DNA of 35,747 nt from the IMG/VR virus record IMGVR_UViG_3300044580_000486; one strand, written 5' to 3'. This stretch comes from a virus. A program made the translations under genes and the position numbers. Of the stretch, positions 17,963 to 25,552 are shown one piece after another. The stretch's first letter is position 1. Each line of letters opens with the position of its first letter. The notes beneath the pieces are model-generated. The model ran no database searches. It was not told where the DNA came from and worked only from the letters and a program-made list of their open reading frames with translations.

Positions 17963-19441
17963 ATGAAACAGACTTATGTACCCGTAACTTTGGATCAATA
18001 TCTTAATGAGTCAAAAACCATTACACTCAAAAGAGGGTATGGCGAAAGAAAACCCGTGGTTGTGGGTTCAACTGCTCCTATAAGAAATCAGATCCTATCT
18101 TATGTAGCCGAGAACCAGCGTGTTGCAAAAACAGATCTTAAAAGATTTATTGCTGGTTTGAATGAAGGAAGCAAAAATCCTAATGCTTCTGCTATTATGT
18201 GGTTAAAGAGAAATTCCCATTTCTTTGTAACCGAATCTAAAGAAGGCCAAACATTTTTCAAGCTTTCTCCTATAGGAAGAAGACTCGCTGATCGTTTTGT
18301 TCAAGCTCCTTCTACTACTTTATCAGAGCAGAAGAAAAACAAGGACGATTATGATTTTGTAGATACCAAAAAAGGGTATCCAAGAAAAGGTCTTTATGAT
18401 GTATCTGAAGAGGAAGAAGAAAAGAAAGAGGAATGTTCTGAAAATGTAACTGAATCTAGAAAGGCTAAAATTGAAGCTATTATTGAAAGAATTAGAGCTA
18501 AAAGAGCCCAGGAGCTTAGAGAAGGTAAAGAAGAATCTCTTGAAGAAGAAGCTAAATTTATGGGTAAAGACCCTTTAGCTGGAATAGAAAAATCCAAGAA
18601 AAAACTTGGGGGAAAACTCGATAAAAATCTTCATAATCAGCTAGAAGATAGCCAGGAAAAAGATGAAAACGAACTTTCTAAATTCCCTGAAGAAAAAGCT
18701 AAAAAGAAAATTAACGAGGCTGAAGAAGAAAAACCAGATGAAGAAGATGAACTTTCGTTTGATGATCTCGATTTAGGAGATGAGGAAGAAAAGAAAGAGG
18801 AAAAACCAGCTGAAGGTGAAGAAAAACCCGAAGAAAAAGAAGAAAAACCAGCTGAAGGTGAAGAAGATAAGGTAGAAATTACAGAATTCATTATCACTGT
18901 AACGAATGCTGAAGAAGCAATCAAAGAACTTGATGAACTTGGAGTTCCTGCTGAAAAAGTAGAAGACGAAGAAGAAAAAGAAGAGGGTGAAGAAGAAAAA
19001 GAAGAAGGCGAGGAAAAAGAGGAAGAAGGTGAAGAAGAAAAAGAGGGGGAAGAAAAAGAAGAAGACAGTCTTAATTTAGGCGAAGCAGCTGAGGGGGAAG
19101 AACCCGAGGCAGAAGAAAAGATTAAAGTTTCTGTTGATTATTGGGAACCTCTTAAGAAATGGCTTGAAGAAAAAGGTGTAAATATTGAAGAACTTTTCGG
19201 CGGTGAAATAGAAATCGAAGAAGAACCAGAAGGCGAAGAAACTCCAGCTGAAGGTGAAGATGATTTCTCATTAGATCTCGGAGATGAAACTCCAGCTGAA
19301 GGAGAAGAAGAAGGCGAAGGTGCTGATGATTTCTCATTAGATCTTGAAGAAACCACTGAAGCCCCAACTGTTGAAGAACAACCAGGATCTTTCATGGATA
19401 AAGTAGCTGATAAAGTTGCTGATAAAATCTTAAATAAGTAA
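17963..19441 (+). CDS. Glu-rich protein with basic N-terminal domain (possible prohead core or DNA-associated virion protein)
   Basis: 492 aa; extreme Glu content in the C-terminal half; many [LIV]xE motifs (YLNES, VTES twice, INE). Confidence 0.75.
   Translation: MKQTYVPVTLDQYLNESKTITLKRGYGERKPVVVGSTAPIRNQILSYVAENQRVAKTDLKRFIAGLNEGSKNPNASAIMWLKRNSHFFVTESKEGQTFFKLSPIGRRLADRFVQAPSTTLSEQKKNKDDYDFVDTKKGYPRKGLYDVSEEEEEKKEECSENVTESRKAKIEAIIERIRAKRAQELREGKEESLEEEAKFMGKDPLAGIEKSKKKLGGKLDKNLHNQLEDSQEKDENELSKFPEEKAKKKINEAEEEKPDEEDELSFDDLDLGDEEEKKEEKPAEGEEKPEEKEEKPAEGEEDKVEITEFIITVTNAEEAIKELDELGVPAEKVEDEEEKEEGEEEKEEGEEKEEEGEEEKEGEEKEEDSLNLGEAAEGEEPEAEEKIKVSVDYWEPLKKWLEEKGVNIEELFGGEIEIEEEPEGEETPAEGEDDFSLDLGDETPAEGEEEGEGADDFSLDLEETTEAPTVEEQPGSFMDKVADKVADKILNK
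18800..18866 (+). repeat. Coding direct repeat GAAAAACCAGCTGAAGGTGAAGA (EKPAEGEE), 42-nt period
   Basis: Copies start at 18800 and 18842. Confidence 0.8.
19238..19345 (+). repeat. Coding direct repeats ETPAEGE and DDFSLDL
   Basis: GAAACTCCAGCTGAAGG twice and GATGATTTCTCATTAGATCT twice. Confidence 0.8.
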
Positions 19442-19458
19442 AAATTCTTAATAACTTT

Positions 19459-19484
19459 AAACCCCCGTTATTCGGGGGTTTTTT
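19459..19484 (+). terminator. Intrinsic terminator
   Basis: AAACCCCCG-TTATT-CGGGGGTTT plus T-run. Confidence 0.85.
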
Positions 19485-19518
19485 GTTTCCTTTTATTTCA
19501 AAGGAAAATATATAAGAT

Positions 19519-19920
19519 ATGAGAGCTATAACTGTATTCGAATCGCAGAATTTTACTCGTACCGAAGATATAAAAACTAATATGGGTATTGGTATGTGGG
19601 GTCAAATTCGCCAAATTTGTCAAAATAAAGGCAGGACATTTGACAAAAAAAATTTATTGCAAATGTTTTTAACTTGTGCTTCTGAAGATCGAATAGATCT
19701 TATGGATTTTATACTTTCGAGAGGCCTAGATATAAACGGAAGTGATTCTGAAATACTTAGAGTTTTAGGATGGATGGAAAAAGTAGAATTAGGAGCTTTC
19801 TTAATAGTAAATAGAGGAGCTGATGTTGAAAAAGCTATAAGGATTTCTCAGGATAAACATGAATGGAAAACCGAAAGAAGACTTGAAGAAATGAAAGAAC
19901 TTATAAAAAATGAGAGCTAA
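19519..19920 (+). CDS. Tagged ankyrin-repeat-like protein
   Basis: Leader MRAITVFESQNFTRTEDIKTNMGIG; ANK-like DLMDFILSRGLDIN and GAFLIVNRGADV. Confidence 0.6.
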   Translation: MRAITVFESQNFTRTEDIKTNMGIGMWGQIRQICQNKGRTFDKKNLLQMFLTCASEDRIDLMDFILSRGLDINGSDSEILRVLGWMEKVELGAFLIVNRGADVEKAIRISQDKHEWKTERRLEEMKELIKNES

Positions 19921-20281
19921 AACTATAAACGAAATACAAAATTTTCAAAAAGGGGTTCCGAGAGCCTCGTTAGGTGCTGGAGGGATCCAATTTGGAAAAC
20001 TTCGTTATGAGGCAAAGCAAAAGATGAAAAAGGATTGGGCTGATTTAGTTGAGAAACTCCTATTGGGAAAAACTATTACAGGAACTTTTAACCAGATGTT
20101 TATAAAACCTGATGAAGATACTCTTCTAGAAGGTAAAGGATGGGGAAAATATACCATTAAAGTTAAAGAAATATTAAAAGATGGGGAAGATGATAAAGGG
20201 ATTCTCATTCAAGATGAAAAAGAATCTGTATATATCATTCCCATAGATGAAAACAGGATTTTTATAGAACATGAGAGCTAA
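19910..20281 (+). CDS. Tagged hypothetical protein
   Basis: Leader MRAKTINEIQNFQKGVPRASLGAG. Confidence 0.75.
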   Translation: MRAKTINEIQNFQKGVPRASLGAGGIQFGKLRYEAKQKMKKDWADLVEKLLLGKTITGTFNQMFIKPDEDTLLEGKGWGKYTIKVKEILKDGEDDKGILIQDEKESVYIIPIDENRIFIEHES

Positions 20282-20819
20282 AACTGTTTATAGAAAAGCG
20301 TACATATTTGACTTTGACGATACATTAGTAAAAACTGATGCAAAGGTTTATATTTATAAACGGGGAAAAATGATTAAATCCCTAACTCCTGAACAATTTA
20401 ATCATTACATAAAAGCCCCTGACGAAGAAATAGATATTTCTGAGTTTAAAGATCCTAGATTAATTCTTTCAGCTAGAAAATATAAGATGTGGCCAGCATT
20501 ACAAAATATGAATAATGCTATTCGCCAAGGAAGAAGTTCCTCTGAAATATTCATACTTACAGCTAGATCTGCCATAGCTCAAAACCCTATTTATAATTTT
20601 CTTAAGGCAAATGATATTTTTATCCCAGAAGACCATATTATTACAATAGGGGATGATATAGGAGAAATAAGTATACCAGAAGAAAAGAAGAAAGTACTTA
20701 AACAACTTCGATCCCAGTTTGATGAATTAACATTTTTTGACGATAATCCTAAAAATATCGAATTAGCAAGAGAAGTCGGCGGAATTCGTACTCGCTTAGT
20801 AGATAGCGTGAATATATAA
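20271..20819 (+). CDS. HAD-superfamily phosphatase with MRAKTV leader
   Basis: Motif I FDFDDTLV, II ILTAR, IV FFDDNPKNI. Confidence 0.8.
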   Translation: MRAKTVYRKAYIFDFDDTLVKTDAKVYIYKRGKMIKSLTPEQFNHYIKAPDEEIDISEFKDPRLILSARKYKMWPALQNMNNAIRQGRSSSEIFILTARSAIAQNPIYNFLKANDIFIPEDHIITIGDDIGEISIPEEKKKVLKQLRSQFDELTFFDDNPKNIELAREVGGIRTRLVDSVNI

Positions 20820-20840
20820 AATAAATTAAATAAAATCAAT

Positions 20841-21296
20841 ATGGCTAAAGTAAAAATGGTAGCAGAATCTCTTAATGAGAGTATGTATGCAAGGTTAAAT
20901 GAAGAAATGAATGCAGTTTCTGAATCCATTCTTAATGACTTCATGTCTGGTCTCAAAAAGGCTTTTGCTGGTTTAAATAAGCAATATGAAGCTCTTGATA
21001 AAACGAATGATAAAGCTGTCAGAGAATTTGCATGGGATGTTGCCCTAAAAACTTATGTTGCTGATGCACCAGAAGCTGGAAGAAAATCCCTTAAAATGTG
21101 GGCTCAGAAGGCTCCTCTAGAAATGCTTGTTAAGTTCCTTGAAAAGGCTTCAGGAGATAAATTCTATGGAAGAACTTCTCCTACTTATGTTCAAGGTAAA
21201 CTTCAGGTTGGTTGGAGACCTATGAAAGAGCTTAAACTTGAAAATCCCTTTGCTTCAGGCGGAACTAGCGGACATACTGCTTCAGGTGGAGTTTAA
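20841..21296 (+). CDS. Hypothetical protein with MAKVKMVAESLNES leader
   Basis: 151-aa ORF after a GAATATATAA element. Confidence 0.75.
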   Translation: MAKVKMVAESLNESMYARLNEEMNAVSESILNDFMSGLKKAFAGLNKQYEALDKTNDKAVREFAWDVALKTYVADAPEAGRKSLKMWAQKAPLEMLVKFLEKASGDKFYGRTSPTYVQGKLQVGWRPMKELKLENPFASGGTSGHTASGGV

Positions 21297-21310
21297 AAAA
21301 TCCTGACTTT

Positions 21311-22018
21311 ATGGCTGGAACTCGAGGAAAATTTGTAAGAGGTCGTAATCCTATGAGAACCCTGGATCTGGGTATCTCTAATAGGATCTTTCAATCTTGT
21401 GGCAAACCCTATCAAGAAGGAGGAGGATATTCTTTCAATTATTACGGTGCAGAAAATTGGATGGATATTATAAAATGGCTTTTGGATCATGGCTATAATG
21501 CTGAAGAAACTGAAGAAGTTATGAGAAGTAAACTCATGAGATGGGCTTCAGATGATGCAGGCCATTCAGATGAAGATTGTACTCTAGAAGATTTTCTCAA
21601 ATTTAACAATCAACTTTCTGGGGGAGGAAAAACTCAAGTGGATGTTTTTTTGGATGAATATTTTCCAGATCCTTCAAGAAAAGATAGAATCATAAATGAA
21701 AATGTTGCTGCTCCTATGGCAACATTAGCAAATACCCCAGGAATGGGTAATGCTGTACCAGCTCAGCAAGCCGCTACAACCGGTAATCAATTTTATCAGC
21801 CAGCTACCAAAGGATCCGGGGATTTATGGGGTGGGAAAGGTCAGAAGAAAAAAAGAAAGGGGAGAAAAGTTAAATTAGTAAAAGAATCTCTTAATGAGGA
21901 GAATATAAACCCTTATGACAAATTAGGAATGTCAATGGCTAAGAAAATGGGCATCAAACCTCCTTTTAAAAAGAAAAAGGATAAGAAAAACCAAAATTCG
22001 ATGTCTCAGAAAGTATGA
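21311..22018 (+). CDS. Tagged multi-segment hypothetical protein
   Basis: N-terminal GKFVRGRNPMRTLDLG tag; internal IINE-NVAAPMATLANTPGMG and KVKLVKESLNE. Confidence 0.75.
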   Translation: MAGTRGKFVRGRNPMRTLDLGISNRIFQSCGKPYQEGGGYSFNYYGAENWMDIIKWLLDHGYNAEETEEVMRSKLMRWASDDAGHSDEDCTLEDFLKFNNQLSGGGKTQVDVFLDEYFPDPSRKDRIINENVAAPMATLANTPGMGNAVPAQQAATTGNQFYQPATKGSGDLWGGKGQKKKRKGRKVKLVKESLNEENINPYDKLGMSMAKKMGIKPPFKKKKDKKNQNSMSQKV

Positions 22019-22392
22019 AAACTAAATTAGTAAAAGAATCCTTATCCCCAAGTGAAGCAGTATATGGGTATGCTTCCTGGTTAACATCTCGAGAAAATCC
22101 AATTACCATGTCTAGTCATCATGAAGCATCTATTGTAGCTGATACTGTAGATGAATTTATAAAAAAACAAAATTTAGAATCCCCCAGAGAAAACTGGACG
22201 GATGAATTAATCCCGATGAGGGAATCCGGAATTAACGAAACCATAAAAATGAAGGGTCATGATTATGATGTTTTTAAGATAGGGAATTTATCTAAGATAT
22301 TTGCCGGCAGAGAAGGAATTCTTGGAAAAGATGGAGAACTTATTTCTTGGGATATAGTTAAACAATTAATGCAAAAATTTAACGTTAGATAA
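22015..22392 (+). CDS. Hypothetical protein with MKTKLVKESL leader
   Basis: ATGA overlap; 125 aa. Confidence 0.75.
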   Translation: MKTKLVKESLSPSEAVYGYASWLTSRENPITMSSHHEASIVADTVDEFIKKQNLESPRENWTDELIPMRESGINETIKMKGHDYDVFKIGNLSKIFAGREGILGKDGELISWDIVKQLMQKFNVR

Positions 22393-22419
22393 AACTTTTT
22401 TGCCTCCATTGATTATAAT
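22392..22419 (+). promoter_or_regulatory. Putative promoter AAACTT-N16-TATAAT
   Basis: Upstream of dut; the same spacing occurs at 31752-31779 upstream of the GMP reductase gene. Confidence 0.45.
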
Positions 22420-22434
22420 ATCTAAAAGTATATT

Positions 22435-22977
22435 ATGATCGAAACAATTAAATTTCTTAAAACTCGTTCTGTTAAATCCCCGTCCAGAGCAAATAAATAT
22501 GATGCTGGAATAGATTTTTATGTTCCCGAATTTACCGAGGATTTCTTGAAAGATCTTCAGGAAAAAAATCCAGATATTTTAATACAGCCTGTTTCTATTG
22601 TGCTGATGCCTGGGCAAAGGGTATTGATCCCCTCAGGTATTCATTGCCAGATGGCTTCTCCGCATAGAGCTCTTATTGCAGCAAATAAATCAGGTGTTGC
22701 AACAAAGCATGGATTAATTTTTGGAGCTCAAGTTGTTGATTATGAATATCAGGGGGAAATTCACATAAGTCTTATAAATACTAATAAAGATATAAACCCG
22801 CCTTCAGGAAAAGGCATAATTGAAATAACTCCAGGGATGAAAGCAATTCAATTCCTTGAAATGCCTATTTATAATTCAGAAATTGATGTTGAAGAAAACA
22901 AAACCCCCGAACAATTTTATAAAGATATTGTTACTACAAGAGGGGCTGACGGATTTGGATCAACCGATAAAAAATAA
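22435..22977 (+). CDS. dut: Trimeric dUTPase
   Basis: AGIDFY, ANKSG, VVDYEYQGEI, RGADGFGST motifs. Confidence 0.93.
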   Translation: MIETIKFLKTRSVKSPSRANKYDAGIDFYVPEFTEDFLKDLQEKNPDILIQPVSIVLMPGQRVLIPSGIHCQMASPHRALIAANKSGVATKHGLIFGAQVVDYEYQGEIHISLINTNKDINPPSGKGIIEITPGMKAIQFLEMPIYNSEIDVEENKTPEQFYKDIVTTRGADGFGSTDKK

Positions 22978-22988
22978 TTGATAAAAAG

Positions 22989-23222
22989 ATGAAAATTAAT
23001 CTAGAAAAATTAAAAGAGGTCGAAGAACAATATAAAGAACAAGGCCTCCCTAATTATACCTTACATTTGATGTTATCAAGGGTATTAGGATTTGAAGAAT
23101 CCCCTTATTCTTTAGCTCCAAATAATGTGGTTCTTGCAATAAACACATTAAAAGATCTTGGAATTCTCGAAATGGAAGATAATACCAAAAAAACAAAGAA
23201 AGTAGAACAAATAAATTCATAA
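22989..23222 (+). CDS. Hypothetical protein
   Basis: 77-aa ORF in an operon with tight spacing. Confidence 0.65.
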   Translation: MKINLEKLKEVEEQYKEQGLPNYTLHLMLSRVLGFEESPYSLAPNNVVLAINTLKDLGILEMEDNTKKTKKVEQINS

Positions 23223-23224
23223 AA

Positions 23225-23569
23225 ATGGCAAAGCCAATCATGATTATCAATTATTGTATAAGCGGGATGTCTCGTACATCAGCTATCAATAATTTGAGGG
23301 AGCTTCAAGAAGTATTGGAGGATTCTAATGCAAATGATGAATACTTTACTTTTATTCTTCCTGTCAATGCAGATTCTCATATTCAGGTTTTTTATGAAAA
23401 GGATTTCGATGAGATCAAATATAATGATTTGAAAAAAATGGTTGAAGAAAAGATTTCTGCTTTGAAAGATCAGCCAGATTGCGATGAAATCGAAGAATTT
23501 GATGAAAGTTTATTTGAAGAAGAGCCTTCGGGATTTAAGAAATTTTTAAGAAAAATAGGATTAAAATGA
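23225..23569 (+). CDS. Hypothetical protein
   Basis: 114-aa ORF in an operon with tight spacing. Confidence 0.7.
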   Translation: MAKPIMIINYCISGMSRTSAINNLRELQEVLEDSNANDEYFTFILPVNADSHIQVFYEKDFDEIKYNDLKKMVEEKISALKDQPDCDEIEEFDESLFEEEPSGFKKFLRKIGLK

Positions 23570-23928
23570 AAAAAGTTTATATTGCTTCTCCTTATACAAA
23601 TGGGGATAAACTAGAAATGGTTAGGTTACAAATTGATGCATGGCATATACTTAGAGACCGTGGTCTTATTCCTATTGCTCCTCTTTTGACTCACTATATA
23701 AATGAAGTGAGAGAAAGGGATCATAAGGATTGGCTTGAATATGATTTTGAATTGTTAAGAATATGCGATTATGTTATTCGTCTTTATCCCGTTAATGATC
23801 TTGGAGAAAGAATACCTTCTACAGGAGCAGATATAGAGGAAAGGGAAGCTAAAAGATTAGGAATTCCTTTTTATTCTTTTGATACACTACAAGAACTCCA
23901 AGCATTTGTTGAAAATACAAATTTTTAA
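23566..23928 (+). CDS. Nucleoside 2-deoxyribosyltransferase-like fold protein (DUF4406/DUF1937-like)
   Basis: KKVYIASPYT, PIAPLL, WLEYDFELLRICD, STGADIE motifs. Confidence 0.65.
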   Translation: MKKVYIASPYTNGDKLEMVRLQIDAWHILRDRGLIPIAPLLTHYINEVRERDHKDWLEYDFELLRICDYVIRLYPVNDLGERIPSTGADIEEREAKRLGIPFYSFDTLQELQAFVENTNF

Positions 23929-23947
23929 TTTTTTACCTATGCAATTT

Positions 23948-23970
23948 GGGCCTCGAAAGAGGCCTTTTTT
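23948..23970 (+). terminator. Intrinsic terminator
   Basis: GGCCTC-GAAA-GAGGCC plus T6. Confidence 0.85.
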
Positions 23971-24036
23971 ATTTAACGAATTTTTATATAAACTTTTCCC
24001 TCCCCTCGCATATAAATTGTAAATAATCTTGTAATT

Positions 24037-25485
24037 ATGATCGTAAATATTGAACAACGTAAAGGTAAATTAATTGTTTCCTATATTAATAAGGAAGGAA
24101 ATATTTCCTTTATGCAATTAAATATTCCAGCGGCTCATCAATATGTTTATGTTTATGCAAAAGGTGGTGGTGCAGATCCCAGAGTTAGATCCTGGGATAA
24201 TCGTCCAGTTAGAAAAGTTCCAAGTGAATTTCTTTCAAGATATAGGATTCAGGAATTTTTCGTAGATGCTGGTGAAGAAATCGTTGGACCTTTATTTGAA
24301 CGTAATAAGCCAAATGCTTATTCGTGTGATATTGAGGTTGATGTAGATGAAGAAATTGGTTTTGCCGAGCCCCGAGATGCTCTTAGTAGAATTAATACTA
24401 TTTCATGGAGTAATAAAGACCAGGTTATTGTATTTGGATTAAAAGATCTTTCAGCTTCTCAGATCGATTCTATAGAAAAAAATATTAATCACCACTTAGA
24501 GAAATTAGGATTAACCTATAGATTTATTTATAAGAAATATGAAAATGAAGCAGATATGCTTTATGATTTCTTGTGGAACTATGCTCGCCATGCCCCTCTT
24601 ATAATTGGATGGCACTTCTGGAATTATGACTGGAGATATATTTATAATCGTTGTCAAAGATTACATTTGGATATATCATGGATGAGCCCTACGAAACAAT
24701 GGTACAAACACAGAATTATGGATAAAAATGAGAGAGCTGAAGTTATGCTTCCTCAACATAAACTGATTGTTGACTATATGGAACTCTATAAAAAATGGGA
24801 TAGAGTTATAGATCCAAAAGAAAATATGTCTTTGGATTTCGCAGCTGAAGCAGCTTTAGGGGTTACCAAAGTTAAATATCCTGGTTCATTTACAGAACTT
24901 TATAGAAAGGATTTTGATCAATATGTATTTTATAATGCTATTGATGCTATTCTTGTAGAACAAATTCATTACAAATTAAAAACTTTAGGTATATTCTTAG
25001 GCTTAGGAAACCTTACAAGAGTAGAAGCGATGAATGCTTTTTCGCCGATTTATATGCTTGAAGCTACAGCAACCAGATATGCTTATGAAAGAAATTTGGT
25101 ATTTCCCCAAGAAAAGAAAGAAAGGAGAAGAGAAAGTTATGAAGGAGCTTTTGTATTTAATCCGACTCCGGATCTTTATGAGTGGGTAGGATCTTTTGAC
25201 TTTAACTCTCTTTATCCTACTATTATGAGACAATTCAAAATCTCAATAGAAAATTTTATTACAAAGGATAAAAATTTCAAACCTAATCCCCAACAAGTTA
25301 AATGTGCATCCGGAGCAGTTTTTGATGCTTCCTATGAGCCTCTTCTTCCAGAAATCTTAACGGATTATTATTCTCAGAGGAAACAAGCACAAAAGACTAT
25401 GAAAGGTGCAGAAAGTGATCTGGCAGAGCTTCAGAAGATACTAAAAGAAAGAGAATTATCTGCATCTGATTCCCTAAAATCTTGA
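24037..25485 (+). CDS. polB: Family B DNA polymerase, N-terminal subunit (exonuclease + motif A; lacks motifs B and C)
   Basis: ExoI CDIEV, ExoII WNYDWRYI, ExoIII YNAIDA, motif A SFDFNSLYPTIM; ends after the first fingers helix RKQAQKTMK. Confidence 0.85.
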   Translation: MIVNIEQRKGKLIVSYINKEGNISFMQLNIPAAHQYVYVYAKGGGADPRVRSWDNRPVRKVPSEFLSRYRIQEFFVDAGEEIVGPLFERNKPNAYSCDIEVDVDEEIGFAEPRDALSRINTISWSNKDQVIVFGLKDLSASQIDSIEKNINHHLEKLGLTYRFIYKKYENEADMLYDFLWNYARHAPLIIGWHFWNYDWRYIYNRCQRLHLDISWMSPTKQWYKHRIMDKNERAEVMLPQHKLIVDYMELYKKWDRVIDPKENMSLDFAAEAALGVTKVKYPGSFTELYRKDFDQYVFYNAIDAILVEQIHYKLKTLGIFLGLGNLTRVEAMNAFSPIYMLEATATRYAYERNLVFPQEKKERRRESYEGAFVFNPTPDLYEWVGSFDFNSLYPTIMRQFKISIENFITKDKNFKPNPQQVKCASGAVFDASYEPLLPEILTDYYSQRKQAQKTMKGAESDLAELQKILKERELSASDSLKS

Positions 25486-25552
25486 CATCAAGGTTTGTTA
25501 AAGGGGGGTATATAATTTACTTAAAAATAAATTAAAATAACTAAAATAAAAT

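Noticed and set aside
25482-25516. TTGACA and TATAAT as a sigma70 promoter for nrdJ
   Set aside because: Spacer is 23 nt, far from 16-18; the TTGACA overlaps the polB stop and is probably coincidental
25483-25552. Read-through, frameshift or intron continuing polB
   Set aside because: The short intergenic region has stops soon after, and no motif B or C sequence appears in any downstream ORF of the window
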